Source of the DNA: Podarcis tiliguerta | Taxonomy: Eukaryota | Strand: one strand, 5' to 3' | NCBI GenBank assembly: GCA_965153285.1 | Contig: OZ229125.1 | Length of the DNA stretch: 64,000 nucleotides | Shown here: piece after piece, positions 1-12,700 of the stretch | How positions within the stretch are numbered: position 1 is the first letter of the stretch | Layout: each line of letters begins with the position of its first letter | The notes under the pieces: model-generated | Database searches by the model: none | Seen by the model: the letters and a program-made list of their open reading frames with translations, nothing else | Told to the model about the DNA's origin: nothing | Program-made: the position numbers and the translations under genes

Positions 1-746
1 CTAAAACATCTGGAAAGCACCATGCTGGCAAAGGCTACCGAAAACTATTTCATAATGTCTTCTCAATCGGTACTTTTTGCCCCAGAGTTTTCACTCGCAG
101 AGCCTGGGCACTGGCGGCTTTCAGTTTTTGCAGACAATTGAGCAGCTGTGGGTTGAATGAGAACAACCAGATTCTCAGTTCGTGTCCATCCCAACTTCCT
201 CTCCTCTTAGCTGGTCTAGCCAGAAGGAAAGGAGCTAGGAAAAGAGGCAGGGGCTGCCTAATCTGTTCCCCACATCCCCATCCCCAGAACTTTGCTTGGT
301 TTGTGGGGGAAGGGGGGGATAGGCTGGTTGGCTGGCATCGTGCCCGGTCTACAAATCTAGATTTAATGGGTGCAAAGCTGTAGAGCCTCGGATAAAGCCT
401 GCTGAAGATGTGACCCACTTTTTTCTTTCTTTTTAAGAATACTGAGGCTCTCTGAGCTGATGGAGAAGAATCAACTGGGGGGTTGTGGGTGGGAAGTAGG
501 TGCCAGGGCTCAAATTAAGCCCCCACCCATCTCAACAGCTGGAAAATATCTAGGCTGAAAGCACAAGCACCATCAGCCTGATCTCAGTGCAGCAACAGTC
601 TAACATCAGTGGTTCTCAACCTTTCCCCCCGCTCTGGATCATTTTGAAATAGTCAGGAGTCTTGGCAAGCCCATCAGCATTGGCATAATTGCCAAAATGA
701 ATACTGTATTATGAAAATCATGGGTCCTAGGTCATGGGCTTCAAAG

Positions 747-1495
747 GGAAAAGCTGTAGCTCAGTGGTACAGCTTCTAGTACTGTATGCAGGAGGTCTCA
801 GCTTCAAACCCTACTGGCATTTTCAGGTAGGGCCCCAAGGTGCTGCAGAGAATGGGTTTGGGTCCTGGTGAAAAATGGATGGGGCCCCCCAGCATGGGCA
901 GATGAGCTAAACATATTTTCATGGGATACAGAATAACTGCATGATCTCATTTTAATAATAATAATAATAATATTCATACCTGTTGAGAATATTAAGGTCC
1001 TAATGACTAATATCAATAACATAAGCACCCACACAATCATTACTGAACTATCCATACACTTAACTGTTAAACAACAACTTTGTTCGGTTCGCACAGTGTT
1101 TGCTTATGAAAACACACAAATGAGACTGCGCATCATAAAATGAGACTGCACCATTATACTGTCAAAGAGCAGGAGCGAATGTTCGCAGAGAGTTGGAAAT
1201 ACTCAGAAACACTCAGTTCGCGACACAAGTTCCCAAACCATTATTCAGAATTGTGCATGCATTGAACATAGTACATAGGTTTTGTTAAGAATTTCATGAA
1301 ACATATGCAAGAGAGTTGGGCCCTGGGACCCCTTCTGGGCCTGGTAATTTGTACCTGCTTTCCTGCCTTTCCTAAACCCTGGGACTGGAGGAGACTCCTG
1401 CCTGATACCCTAGAGAGCTACTGTCAGTCAGTGTAGACAATATCAAGCTGGATGAACCAACGCCCTGAGTACCAATGAGTAGGCAGCTCCTATAT
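747..1495 (+). mobile_element. tRNA-derived SINE with CR1/LF-SINE-like tail, interrupted by a ~550-bp insertion (about 833-1380)
   Basis: Head GCTGTAGCTCAGTGGTA...CAGGTAGGGC at 747-832. The body resumes at 1381 (GAGACTCCTGCCTG...GTCAGTGTAGACAAT...GGCAGCT). An intact copy is at 55668-55858. Confidence 0.75.
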
Positions 1496-2796
1496 TGCTG
1501 GCTTGTTGAATACAGAACTATCTGAGCACCAGAGCACTCTCCCCTCCTGCAGTTTCCTACAACTAATCTTCAAGAGCACTGACTACCCCTCCTGATCTAC
1601 CATAAATCATGGGCGGGGGCAAAGGGAAGATTGAGTAGCTAGGAATGGCTGCGACAAGAGCACCCAAGAACACGGCACTTGAGATGTTACCACAGAGACA
1701 CATGAATTGTGGGCAGCAATTTCAGAGCTGCCTGAATAAAAGTCCTAAAAGCTTAAGAGGTTCTAAATGTGGGGCACCCTGACCAGAAGCATTCAGTGTT
1801 TATGGTGCTATATTAATCTTGGTATCATGCAGCCCCGCAACCTGGGACAGAAGAGGCAGAGGCCAGTGTTTTGGATATGAGGAGAGAGGGGGCCGATCTG
1901 GCTGTCATTTGGCCCCTTCCTTCTCTCTGCCTCTTGCTCTTCTCCCCTCCTCCACTCTAATAGAGCATGGGAGCTCCCTGGGGCAGGGACCATGGCTCCT
2001 TGGCTGCTTTCTAGTGCTTATCAAGTCATAAAAGGTAGTGAGACGCCAGTAACTCACAAAGGCTTTACATAAATCAAAGTCTTGGGGGGGTATGGGGGAG
2101 AAGGAAAGCCCCCGGAGGATAAATGCTCTAGCTTTGGTGGGGGGAGGGAAAGGTTAAAGGTCACATGCCCCACATTCACCCATGCATGGCTGGGCAAGAG
2201 AGTTTCAATTCCAGGGAGGAGTTTTGGTGGTGGTATGGACAGTGGAATTTTACCAGGTGCTGACAGCCTGAAAGCCTTTAACAAAGCATCCTATGAAGAA
2301 AAATCTGGCATTTCAGCCTTGAGCTGCCAGTCCTGGGCTCCTGCAATGTGAAGGGGGCGATAGAGGCCATCTAGGCCGACCCTCTGGCCCAGAGGCAGGA
2401 TCACCAACCCCCTCCTGTGTTTCCATTCCCAGGCAATCTGACACAGACCTACCCAAGCTAAGCCTGGAAACGAGCAGAATTAGAAGTCCACTCTGCTTCC
2501 CTCTCACCATAACGAGCAGAATTCAGGCAGTTTCAGGTCACCATTGGGATAGCTGTGCCTACTTGAATTTGTTGTGGCCACCTCCACCTTCAAACCAGAC
2601 AGCTGCATGCTGTTGTTGCAAGAATACTTTTTTGCACACCAGACCACACAGAAATGCAGATTTACTGTGCTCTGCAAAGCAGCTTGATCTTGTGTGTGTC
2701 AATGGTTCAAGGGGGGGGGCAAAGGGCACCCAATTTCAAATGCCTCCCAAGAGCCTGGTTGTTGCACTGTTTGCCACACAGCCCCACCTGAATTAA

Positions 2797-2871
<75 letters not shown>
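2797..2871. repeat. Compound microsatellite (CT)n(CA)n(GA)n
   Basis: Directly visible. Confidence 0.95.
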
Positions 2872-2875
<4 letters not shown>

Positions 2876-3562
2876 GCCACTCCTTGCTGTTTGTCCCCAC
2901 TATCTGGTATCCTTGGATACACTGAACATGGAGGTTCCATGTAGGAATCAATAGCTGTCTGTAGGTGGTCTTTTATTATCCAGGGAGCATTATCAGTGCA
3001 CATTTACAAAGTCAACAAAAGCAAGAGTGAAAGCTCCATGCTCCATGGGGCCTACACTGTCTCATTTCAATGGTGGAAGATCCAGTAGAGGGGTAAGGGG
3101 CAAATGTGTCTCCCCTAATACTTTCTAAAACAAAACAAAACACTTGACCATCTAACCACTCGGCAGCAAATATGTATATAAAGAAAACACACACACAAGT
3201 ATGCCGCTGAATGAGCACACATAAACAAATCAGCACAGCTCTACTGTTTACTCCCTGTCCTGTGCTCCTACTATGCTCTGCAGGAAGCCAAAGCAGCAGC
3301 ATCATACAGAGAACTAGCCTCTTTCTGAATCTAAAGCATCAGTGCCAACCTTGCAACAGCGATCCTTGCAAATAGCTGGTCTCCAATCGACCTTAGCTGA
3401 GCCCAGTGTCCACTCTGCTTCCCTCCCACCATATCCTCCTCTGTCTACAAGTGTGTGGGGTGGGGGGGAGCAGGGAGGAGAAAGGGTTGGGCTCCAGAAC
3501 ACAATAGAGGCTCAATGTTTCTGGCTTCAATCTGAGCTACTAGTTGGGAACTGAGCCAGGTA

Positions 3563-4450
3563 GATAAAAAGAGCAGAGCTGGAAGGCATGGTGTGGGGAA
3601 AGTTGATAAGAGAAAAAAATTTTCTCCCTCTGTCCTAACATCAGAACTCGTGGACACTCAACGAAGCTGAATGTTGGAAAATTCAGAACAGGTAAAAGAA
3701 AGCCCTTCTTCATGTAAAGGTAAAGGGACCCCTGACCATTAGGTCCAGTCGTGACCGACTCTGGGGTTGCGGCGCTCATCTCGCTTTATTGGCCGAGGGA
3801 GCCGGTGAACAGCTTCCGGGTCATGTGGCCAGCATGCCTAAGCCGCTTCTGGTGAACTAGAGCAGCACACGGAAACACCATTTACCTTCCCACCAGAGCG
3901 GTACCTATTTATCTACTTGCACTTTGACGTGCTTTCAAACTGCTAGATGGGCAGGAGCTGGAACCGAGCAACGGGAACCGTCAACCTTCTGATCGGCAAG
4001 TCCTAGGCTCTGTGGTTTAACCCACAGCACCACCCGCGTCCCCCTTCTTCATGTAGTGCATAGTTAAAACTATGGAACAGGAGGCAGTGATGGCCACCAA
4101 CTTGGATGGCTTTAAAAGAAGATTGGACAAATTCATGAAGGGGAAGGCTATCGATGGCTACTAGGCACGATAGCCATGCTTTGCCTCCACGGTCAGAAGC
4201 AGAAATGCATTTGAATACCAGTTGCTGGAAATCGCAGGAGGGGAGAGTTCTCTTGTGTTCGAGTCCTGCTTGGGGGTTCCCCACTGGGCCATCTGGTTGG
4301 CCACTGTGAGAATAGGATGCTGACCTAGACGGGCCACGGGCTTCATCCAGCAGGCTCTTCTTAGGTTGCTCTGCAGAGTTCCCTTGTGCTCAAATCCTGC
4401 ATGTGGGCTTCTTGCAGGCATCTGGTTGGCCACTGGGAGAACAGGATTTA
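3563..4450 (+). mobile_element. CR1 LINE 3' fragment, split by the Sauria SINE
   Basis: Typical CR1 3' sequence (GGCATGG...TTTTTCTCCCTC...GGATGGCTTTAAAAGAAGATTGGACAAATTCATG...CCAGCAGGCTCTTCTTA) resumes on both sides of the SINE. Confidence 0.8.
3717..4041 (-). mobile_element. Sauria SINE (subfamily ending ...GGACCTAATGGTCAGGGGTCCCTTTACCTTT) inserted into a CR1 fragment
   Basis: Head GGGACGCGGGTGGTGCTGTGGG and tail (ACCTTT)n on the minus strand. TSD CCCTTCTTCATGTA at 3703-3716 and 4042-4055. Confidence 0.92.
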
Positions 4451-5359
4451 GGATTAACGGAAGTGAAACCCACACCTACACAGGGCTGTTTGCCTGCCAG
4501 TCACATCTGGCCTCAGCCTGGCCTCAGTTTCTCCCTTCCTTTTTCATCTTCTTCACTTTCAGCACTGACAATGTAAGCTCCTGGGGGCGGGGGCTCATCT
4601 TAAAAAAATAAATAAATCACAAGAGTTGGAAAGGCAGCATCCCCAGCAATATAGGGCATGGGAACATAAGAAAAGCCCTGCCAAATCAGACCATTAGCCC
4701 ACCTAGTCTAGAATCCGGTTCTCGCAGTGGCTGACTAGACTGCCTGTGGGAAGCACGCAAGCAGGACCCCAGCGCAGGAGCCCTCTCCCCTCCTGCAGTT
4801 TCCAGCAGCAACAGCATCTGCTTAAAAACCTTAAATACTTTGCTATATCAGGTGCCTTCCTTCTTCCTCATACAAAGGGAAAAGGCAGCCAGGAGGGTTT
4901 TAAGACACTGCAAAAAGATCATTTGCTCAGGTCAAGCAAAGAAATGAAAGTGAAATTGAGGTTACAGGTTCCTCTGGAAACAGGTTTTCTCCTCTCGATC
5001 AAGCAACCCACAGAGCCCCAGGCCTCCTGGAACCTGACATGTAGAGCACTGATCTGAAGTGTATTTATACATACAGAACTTGAAATCTTCTTTCTCAGAG
5101 TTTATTTAATCTCAAGGAAATATCGCTGCTTGAACTCCTGTTCACAGCTCTTTCAGGATTCGCTCTTTGGCCTTGAACATATATATTGGGGTAGGGTGGG
5201 GTAGGATACCCTGGCCATGAATCTACGTATAAAATCTCCTAACCTCAAAGGCAAGGATGAAGTGGAAGGTTTGGTGTTCCTGTAAAAGCAGCTGAGTGGG
5301 AGAGAAATGAGTTTGACCTGCTCTCCACAAGCCACTGCGACAGCCTCATGGAGACAAAT

Positions 5360-5548
5360 AGGAACATAGGAAGCTGCCTTTATACTTAGTCGGAGCACTG
5401 GTCCATCTGGCTCAGTATTGCCTACACTGGGTGGCAGCAGCTCTCCAGGGTCTCAGGCAGGGTTCTTTACCAACCCTACCTAGAGATGCTGCCTCCAGGG
5501 ACTGAACCTGGGACCTTTTGCACGCAAAGCCAATGCTCCACCACTGAA
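5360..5548 (-). mobile_element. tRNA-derived SINE with CR1/LF-SINE-like tail
   Basis: Reverse complement of the 55668-55858 family. Confidence 0.8.
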
Positions 5549-6349
5549 CCTATAGGGAATGGGGGAGCACTGTGCTTTTGTGTACTTCTTGTTCAACCTG
5601 AAAACATCCCAGTGGACTGGGCCCCTGTGGTAACGGTGCAATGCTGTTTAGATTTCCCACCTCAAGGTATCAAAACATTTCAGACCGCCCTCTCTTAAAG
5701 GCTCTCTGGATACTGCTGGACTGCAACTCCCAGCATCCTTCCCAATCCCTGGCCATGCTGGCCAGGGATGATGGGAGATGGAGTCCAACAGCACCTGAGG
5801 AATCCCAGGCTCCCCATCCCTGTAGCAAAATGTTGTAGTGCTTGTGTTAACCTTTGGGTTCTTTGCCCCTTTGCAGAGTTCTTAGTGTAAGAACCTAAGA
5901 GGAAACTGCTGGATCCAGCCACTAGCTCATCTAGTCCCGCATCTTGTTCTCACAGTGGCCAACTGAACGCCCCAAAGGGAAGCCTACAAACAAGACCTGA
6001 GCACCATAAGAATGTAAGGAGAGCCTGCTGGATCAGGCCAACGGCCCATCTTGTCCAATACAATATGCCTGTGGGAAACCCGCAAGCAGGACCCAAGCCC
6101 CCCCTGTCATTTTCATGCCTTAAAAGGAAAAACTCTTACCCAAATCTCTAAATGCAGATTGGCTGCCTCTGCCAATCACCAGAGACAGAGTTCTGGGCTC
6201 GATGGGTCTTTGGCTGTTCTCATCTCTAAATTGCTTAGACCCTTTCTCTGTTCCACCCAGGCAACAGATGTCACCAGCATGGGGGGCAGGGAAGATCAAT
6301 ATTTGAAAAAAAGAACTTGTAGAAAAAGTAAAAGTTGGCAAAGCATTCA

Positions 6350-6405
6350 ATACATACATACATACATACATACATACATCAAGCAAGCAAGCAAGCAAGC
6401 AAGCA
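6350..6405. repeat. Compound microsatellite (TACA)n(AAGC)n
   Basis: Directly visible. Confidence 0.9.
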
Positions 6406-6547
6406 TTATCTGACACTATGTTTGCTAAGCTGGTGTCCTCCAGATATCCTGGACTACAACTTCCATCATGGTGGCTGGTCCTGATGGATGTTGTAGTATA
6501 AAATGGCTGTGCTGGCTAAGGATGATGGGAATTGAAGTTTAGTTTTT

Positions 6548-6742
6548 CCATTTATATCCCGCCTTTCCTCCAAATAGCTCAAGGTGCTATACATAGTTCT
6601 CCTCCACCCCATTTTATCCTCAAAACTACTCTGTGAGGCAGGTTAAGCTAGGAGGCAGTGAATGGCCCAAGGTCGCCAGGTGAGTTTCATGGCTGAGTGG
6701 GGTTTTGAACCCCGGTCTCTCCCAGCTCCTAGTCCAACACAT
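6548..6742 (-). mobile_element. CORE/MIR-like squamate SINE
   Basis: Reverse complement of the 27870-28087 family. Confidence 0.78.
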
Positions 6743-7670
6743 ATCCAGAAGGCACCAGTTTGGCTCACAGAAACACAGAAAGATGCCTTATCCTGAGTCA
6801 GGCCATAGGTCTGTCGAGCTCAGCATTGTCTTCTCTGACAGGCAGCAGCTCTCGAGGGTATCCGCCAGGGCTCTCTCTTAGCAGACTGCCCTAAACAAAG
6901 AGATCCACTTCTTCCACAACATCCCAAGAGAACAAAGGACAGACAGATCAATTCAGCTGCTGGCAATCTCGACACAGGAATGAGATGGCGCAAGGCAGCT
7001 CCCCTTCCCCTGCCCCCCCTCACTCCCCCCTTCACCCCGCCTGAGTGCACATGGCCACCCTCTTCCTCTGATCTCCACAAACAATAACAATGGGGAAAAG
7101 AGGCCGGAATTTGCAGGGCCTATAATGAATTTGTGGATTACTATTGACTAAAGGACATGGCAGCTGTTTGGGGAGGGGTCCTCGGGAGATGGCCGCATTC
7201 CAAAGGCCTGGCTCATTCATTCCTGGAGAAGCTCAAAATAATTGGGGAGAGGGAGAGACGACTGACAACATGGGACTTGTTTTGAGTTAATGCCAGGATC
7301 ACTCATCCTGCTAAGTACTCCGTAGAGAAAGCCCCCACACCCAGCAAATTCAGGGCTCCCTGCTACAGGATTAACCATCAGGGTCCGTCCGTCCCCGATG
7401 AGAAAGGTGTGTCTAATTTTGGCTACCAAATACCTAACAGGGTAGCCAATATAATCTCTAATATAACATTCAGATAAAATTCTCTCTGACACTAATTTTA
7501 AAAATTGTGCGGAAGACAGTGTCTGCGGCAAACTTGTGTGTATCTGTGGAGCGAAAGACATGGCATGAAGGATGAAGAGATATTTGAATGTTGCCCTGAA
7601 CCAAGGCTTTTAATCCTGTATTAGCACATAAATGCGGGTGGTGCTGTGGGTAAAAGCCATAGCACATAAA

Positions 7671-8028
7671 CGCGGGTGGCGCTGTGGGTAAAAGCCTCAG
7701 TGCCTAGGACTTGCCGATCGAAAGGTCGGTGGTTTGAATCCCTGTGGCAGGGTGCGCTCCTGTTGCTTGGTCCCAGCGCCTGCCAACCTAGTAGTTCGAA
7801 AGCACCCCCGGGTGCAAGTAGATAAATAGGGACCGCTTACTGGCGGGAAGGTAAACGGCGTTTCTGTGTGCTGTGCTGGCTCGCCAGATGCAGCTTTGTC
7901 ACGCTGGCCACGTGACGCGGAAGTGTCTCCGGACAGCGCTGGCCCCCGGCCTCTTAAGTGAGATGGGCGCACAACCCTAGAGTCGGACACGACTGGCCCG
8001 TACGGGCAGGGATACCTTTACCTTTACC
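7671..8028 (+). mobile_element. Sauria SINE, near full length
   Basis: CGCGGGTGGCGCTGTGGG head and TACCTTTACCTTTACC tail. TSD TAGCACATAAA at 7660-7670 and 8029-8039. Confidence 0.93.
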
Positions 8029-11000
8029 TAGCACATAAAATGAGAGTACTGACCATGTGCAAGGCATAATTTGCAGGCAGGCTCAGCCTGGGGCCTGCTT
8101 TCATTGTCAGGGCTATTTTAATTTTTATTATCCCAACAAAGACAGGAGGTGACCCTGAACATGTGCAGAATGTGTTGTTTTCCATTGTGTAATGGCCGAA
8201 CATGCTCCTGAGCATATGCAGAATGCCTTCCCAGATGGGCAACCACATCCAGGTCAAGAAATGCAACATCCATACAGGACTGAGCGCCAGCCTCTTCCTC
8301 TAGAAATTAAGCACCAGTGGGGAAAAAAACACTGGGATTACATGTGGGAGACCTGAGTTCATGAAGCCAGTCACCTCAGTTGCCTTTCCATTACAAAATA
8401 GCTTACCTCCAGGGGGAAATCTTAAGGAGAAAACAGGGGGGGGGGGTTCTTTGTGGGTTGCCTTAGGTAGGCTTTTGGCTCTTTTCAAACTGCAAGGCCC
8501 CATTCACACATGCAGGTTTGTTTGCATGTGTGAACGAGTTTGTTGTAGAACAAACACCAGGCAGGTGGAATTCGTTCTGCCTCAACTCCAAATCCCTTGC
8601 TCTTTCCCATAGAAGTGGTTTCACAGACACTCAGCCGGGTGTCATCATGTCATCAAATGCTGAGTAATGGAGAGAGGCACATGAACAGGGTGATTTTAAA
8701 TCCTCGGGTTAACATAGCATATTCAAAACCCTAGTCTTTGGGGGCATGGGGAGCGATTATTCTTCCACCCTGCTTGCAAAACCTCAAGTTTCCGCTGGAA
8801 CATCTGCCTTATTATGGCCTGCCTCGTTTGGCACCCAAGAGGGACTTGGGGCTTTGTTGGCAGTGCTGCCCAATACAGCTGCCAACTGCAGAGGGCCTGG
8901 CTGGCGCCTGGCCAGAATGACGGAAACCTCTGCCTCTCCCCACCCGCTCCCCATTCTCGCAGCACCAGCTGGGGCCCCAGGACCCTCCCACCAGGCAAGG
9001 ACGGAAACCAGGCTGATGGCTTGCTTTCGAGATACTGAGAGGTATTGCATCATGCGAGGCCGCCTCGTTTCACAAGAAGTTGGAGGAGAAGTGGGAGGGA
9101 GTAGGCCACTGCTCTTTATATTTGTAAAATGAGAGGGGCTGGGGTGGAAGTCATAGCCTTCCACAATGGAAGGTAATTTACCATTGCCCTACATGAATAG
9201 GGGCAGGCTGTGGCTGGAACCCAGCACATGCTCAGGGGCACTCTGTTTGTCACTGCAGCTTCATTACAGTTCTCAGCTGTGCCTTGGCACTGAAAGGAGA
9301 GCCCCTGCCCCTTCCAAATAGGGGCACAACAGAAAACAGAGCCAAGCCCTCTTCTTTGGGAAAGGAACCCCCCCCAAAAAAAGTTTACCCCTCTCTTCTC
9401 CTCCCCCACCCCGCAAAAAACCCTAGTGGAACCAAAAAAGTTAGCAGGTAGACCAATGAGTCATCTATCCCAACCCCCTCTGTCCCAAGAAAGGATGTAT
9501 TTTACCTAAAACATCCTCAGCCCCAAGGAGGGAGATTCTCACATTTCTTAAGACGCTCACTCCAGTGTTAATTTAAAAGCCTTAGATAGGGCTCAATCTA
9601 TGTCTGCCATGGCATTTGTTCCTTCCATCCTCCGTGGAACTCCCTGACTCTTGATATATGCTAACAACTAAGCAGATGCACAGCAAGACCTTGAGCACTA
9701 TGTTGCTACAAAAGTTTACTCAGATGGAATGTCCCCCTGACTTCAATAGGACCTATTCCCTAATATTTGTGGCTTGGGGTTGCTGTGCAATAGTGCAAGT
9801 TTTTGAGGTTTCAGTTCTATTCCTGCTATGGGCTCAAGTGGCCTTGCTCAAGTCACATTTCCTCTCAACCTTGGTCCCCCATCTGTAAAATGGAAATATG
9901 CCACAGGATGTTTGTGAGAACAAATGTAATGCATTTGCAAGTTAAAAGTGCTATTAGCTATACATATATATCAATTAAAAACCAACAGAGTTGGGTTTGG
10001 GTCATCTTGATGTATAACCAACTTCATGCATCGCAGGGGTTAGACTAGATGGCCCTTGGGGTACCTTTCAAGTCTACAACTGTAATATTCTATCCCCCAC
10101 CCCTGTTGGCAAATACACTGCTTAGTTTTAACCAACCCACTAACACCAGCCTCAAGTATTTAGGCGTGCTCGATATTTACTAAACACATTAATTTGTGGC
10201 TGTTTATCCTCAAGCCATGTTAACATTCGCTTAAAAGGGGGGGAAAACTCTGAGGAGGAAAATAGAAGTTTTAAGAAGGAGCAGCTATTTTAAGCTCGGC
10301 GGTTCATATTTTGTTTTGAAATAGCTACAAAAATCCGTGCCTGTTATAGACATTCTTCCATCACGCACAACGGCCAATGAATAAATCTCCCCATAAGGGC
10401 AGCTGGAGCATAAAAGGTCCCCACCCACCCCCACCCTCTCTCTGCCTAATGCTGGGGAACTGAAGGGGTTAATGGTGGGAGGAAGCAGATAAACAGAGGC
10501 TGTTCCCTTTTCTTGGTTGTTTCATTTCACAAGGTTACTCCAAGGCTTTACTTTTGAACATTTTTTAAAAAAGAATCCACACTGTTAGGTCGCTCTCTTC
10601 TAGAGAAGCAGAGAGTTCCCTTCCTCCACTCTCCCCATGTTTGAATTAGCTCTTGATTTTATTTTGTTTTGACATGGGGGGGGGGGGCGGGAAATGGACG
10701 GACATAAGTAGATCAATTTCAGGCAAAGAAAAAGGCAACCTAACAGGGTTAGGCACCCTAACACCATCAGCACCCTAAAGCAAAAGGGATCTCAAGCCAC
10801 AATGTGTTAAAAGTCTGCCCAGAAACAGGGGTCCAGTTAGCCAAAGTTTCTGAATTGTGGTACCAGTTTTGCAACCTGAGCAGAAGCACAAGGTCCAATA
10901 CTGTATACAAAACTCAAAAGAGTTCTGCGCTAAACAGAGACATCTTGGAGAATGGCACGTGCTGTGGCCCTTTTGTGGAACCCATCTTGGGCTGGAGGAC

Positions 11001-12230
11001 CTCCATCACCACGTGGCTTTGGTGTAGAGAGCCCTCCTTTCCCAACTGGCCTTGTTGGGTTAAAAGCGCCCCCCCCCCCAATATCCCATTGTCTTGCCAC
11101 ACACAAAGGAACAGTAGCAAAAGCCAGGCAAAGGCTGAGCAGCCAGGGAGGCACAGAAGCAGAGGTGAGAGTCAGCTAGAAAACATGGTCCAACTTTTGC
11201 TCCCTGGATGCAGGAATCAGAACAGGAGAAGCCACAGAAGGAAGGTTTAAGAAATGTAAGAAAAATAATGGTGAGGATGGGGGGGGGATACCCAATGAAA
11301 ATGACCCAAGGGCAGAGGAGGAGAGAGATGCAAATACCCGTTCAGAAGTCTGGGAATGAAATTTCTAAATATCTGGGACACACAGCAGAGCTGTTCTGCG
11401 CCCCTTTCATGTGGCATCGACAGAGAAACTTGATTGCTCACCCGTTGAAGAATAATAGGACATCTGGCAAGGCGAGATCTGGGAGGGGAAAACAGGGGTG
11501 TGGGAGGGAGGGTGCATTTTGTTTCAAAAGAGTAAAATAAAATTGAGGGTTTCCTTCAGGGCCACAAGTCGAAACAAGCTTGCCAAAACACACATGCAGG
11601 GTCATGAAAGAAGATCGAGAATATTTGGCGTTTGGCTGAGATTCTTGGTGAGAATATTTATTTGCAAGTCAGTGAAAGGCAAATGTGTTCAAGGGTTGAG
11701 CTTGTGGGGGTCGCTAATTTCACTGAGTCTCAACAGCCTGGAAACTTTTACAAATCAAACCAAATCAGATTAAGAGTCGGACATGTGTGTGTTTTGTTTC
11801 TCTCAAACAAGCAAACGATTTCAAGGGAATGTTTAAAACATAGAATAACTTCTCTGAATCTGAGACAGAAGCTTCCCCTCCCAAAAAAGAAACCAACAAC
11901 ATCAACCAACATACAAAGACACTTCTAAGGGCAAAAAGAGGTTACAAAGAGCAGGCTGCTAATGTCCCAAGATCATGCCCCCCACCCCAATATTTCTAAA
12001 GCCTTCTCTATTGAAAAGATTATATGCCTGTCCCACAAATGTGTCCCCACCCCCGCCCCATCATGCCACAATAGTCCAGCTGCTCTCAAAGGCACCCCTG
12101 AACCTTCGCTCCTCTTTCCAGAAGGTCACCCAACACATCCAGTCCCCCACCAGACACACAGACGCTAGACAAGGCAATGTGAAATGTCCCTCCATCACCC
12201 CCAAACTTCAAGAGCTGAGCAGGGACAAAC

Positions 12231-12293
12231 CTTCAAGGCGATCTCCTTCGCACGATCACTTCTCGATCTGGCCAACGACTCTATCCGAGACAT
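12231..12293 (-). CDS. ARHGEF2: ARHGEF2 (GEF-H1) canonical first coding exon, MSRIESLARSRSDRAKEIALK
   Basis: ATG at 12293, 21 codons, then donor AAG|gtttgt at 12230 (phase 0). The peptide closely matches the mammalian GEF-H1 N-terminus MSRIESLTRARIDRSRELASK, same length. Too short for the ORF track. Confidence 0.93.
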
Positions 12294-12700
12294 AATCCAA
12301 GACTGAGGCCAAACGACCCCCCAATCAATCCCCGACTGGGTCTCCCGCTAGGTGAATTGCTGGGGGTGTTTTGGGCATGAAAAGCAACGGGGCTTGGGGT
12401 GGGGAATCAGAACCAGAAAAGGACCAGCGCAAGGGATGAATGGATGGATGAGGCTCTCTCCGGAGGACAAAAAGAAGGAGAGAGGCAGGCAGACGGAACA
12501 ACGCTTCAGGCTTGCTCAGCTCGGCACATCCAACTCAGAGCAGGAAGTTAACTGGCTAAGCTCGCTCAAAACTGTACTCTGTCTGGGCTGTTCAAACTGC
12601 ATCGCTCCTCCTCTCTCTTGAAAGAGGAGATGGAGGGGGAGGAGGGGACACTCGCTGGTGGCTTGGAACAAACAAGAGAGACGTGAGCACCACAGCCAGC
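12294..12700 (-). promoter_or_regulatory. Putative 5' UTR and proximal promoter of canonical ARHGEF2 exon 1
   Basis: Repeat-free, relatively CpG-containing sequence directly upstream of the ATG, with an ETS core CAGGAAGT at 12541-12548 and a G/A-rich Sp/KLF-like tract at about 12625-12647. The TSS cannot be determined. Confidence 0.5.

Noticed and set aside
4525-4580. Minus-strand KVKKMKKEGRN as possible ARHGEF2 exon 2 (KEKMKE)
   Set aside because: Followed by a stop, with no ARYTNGH/C1 sequence and no proper acceptor; exon 2 appears to lie outside the window.
8407-8420. Strong minus-strand donor GAG|gtaagc with a possible 14-nt microexon or non-coding first exon
   Set aside because: Not frame-preserving, the phase-0 frame has an upstream stop, and it cannot be supported without transcripts.
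8723-9164. Overlapping GC-rich ORFs on both strands
   Set aside because: No recognisable protein and no phase-0 donor; more likely regulatory or neutral sequence.
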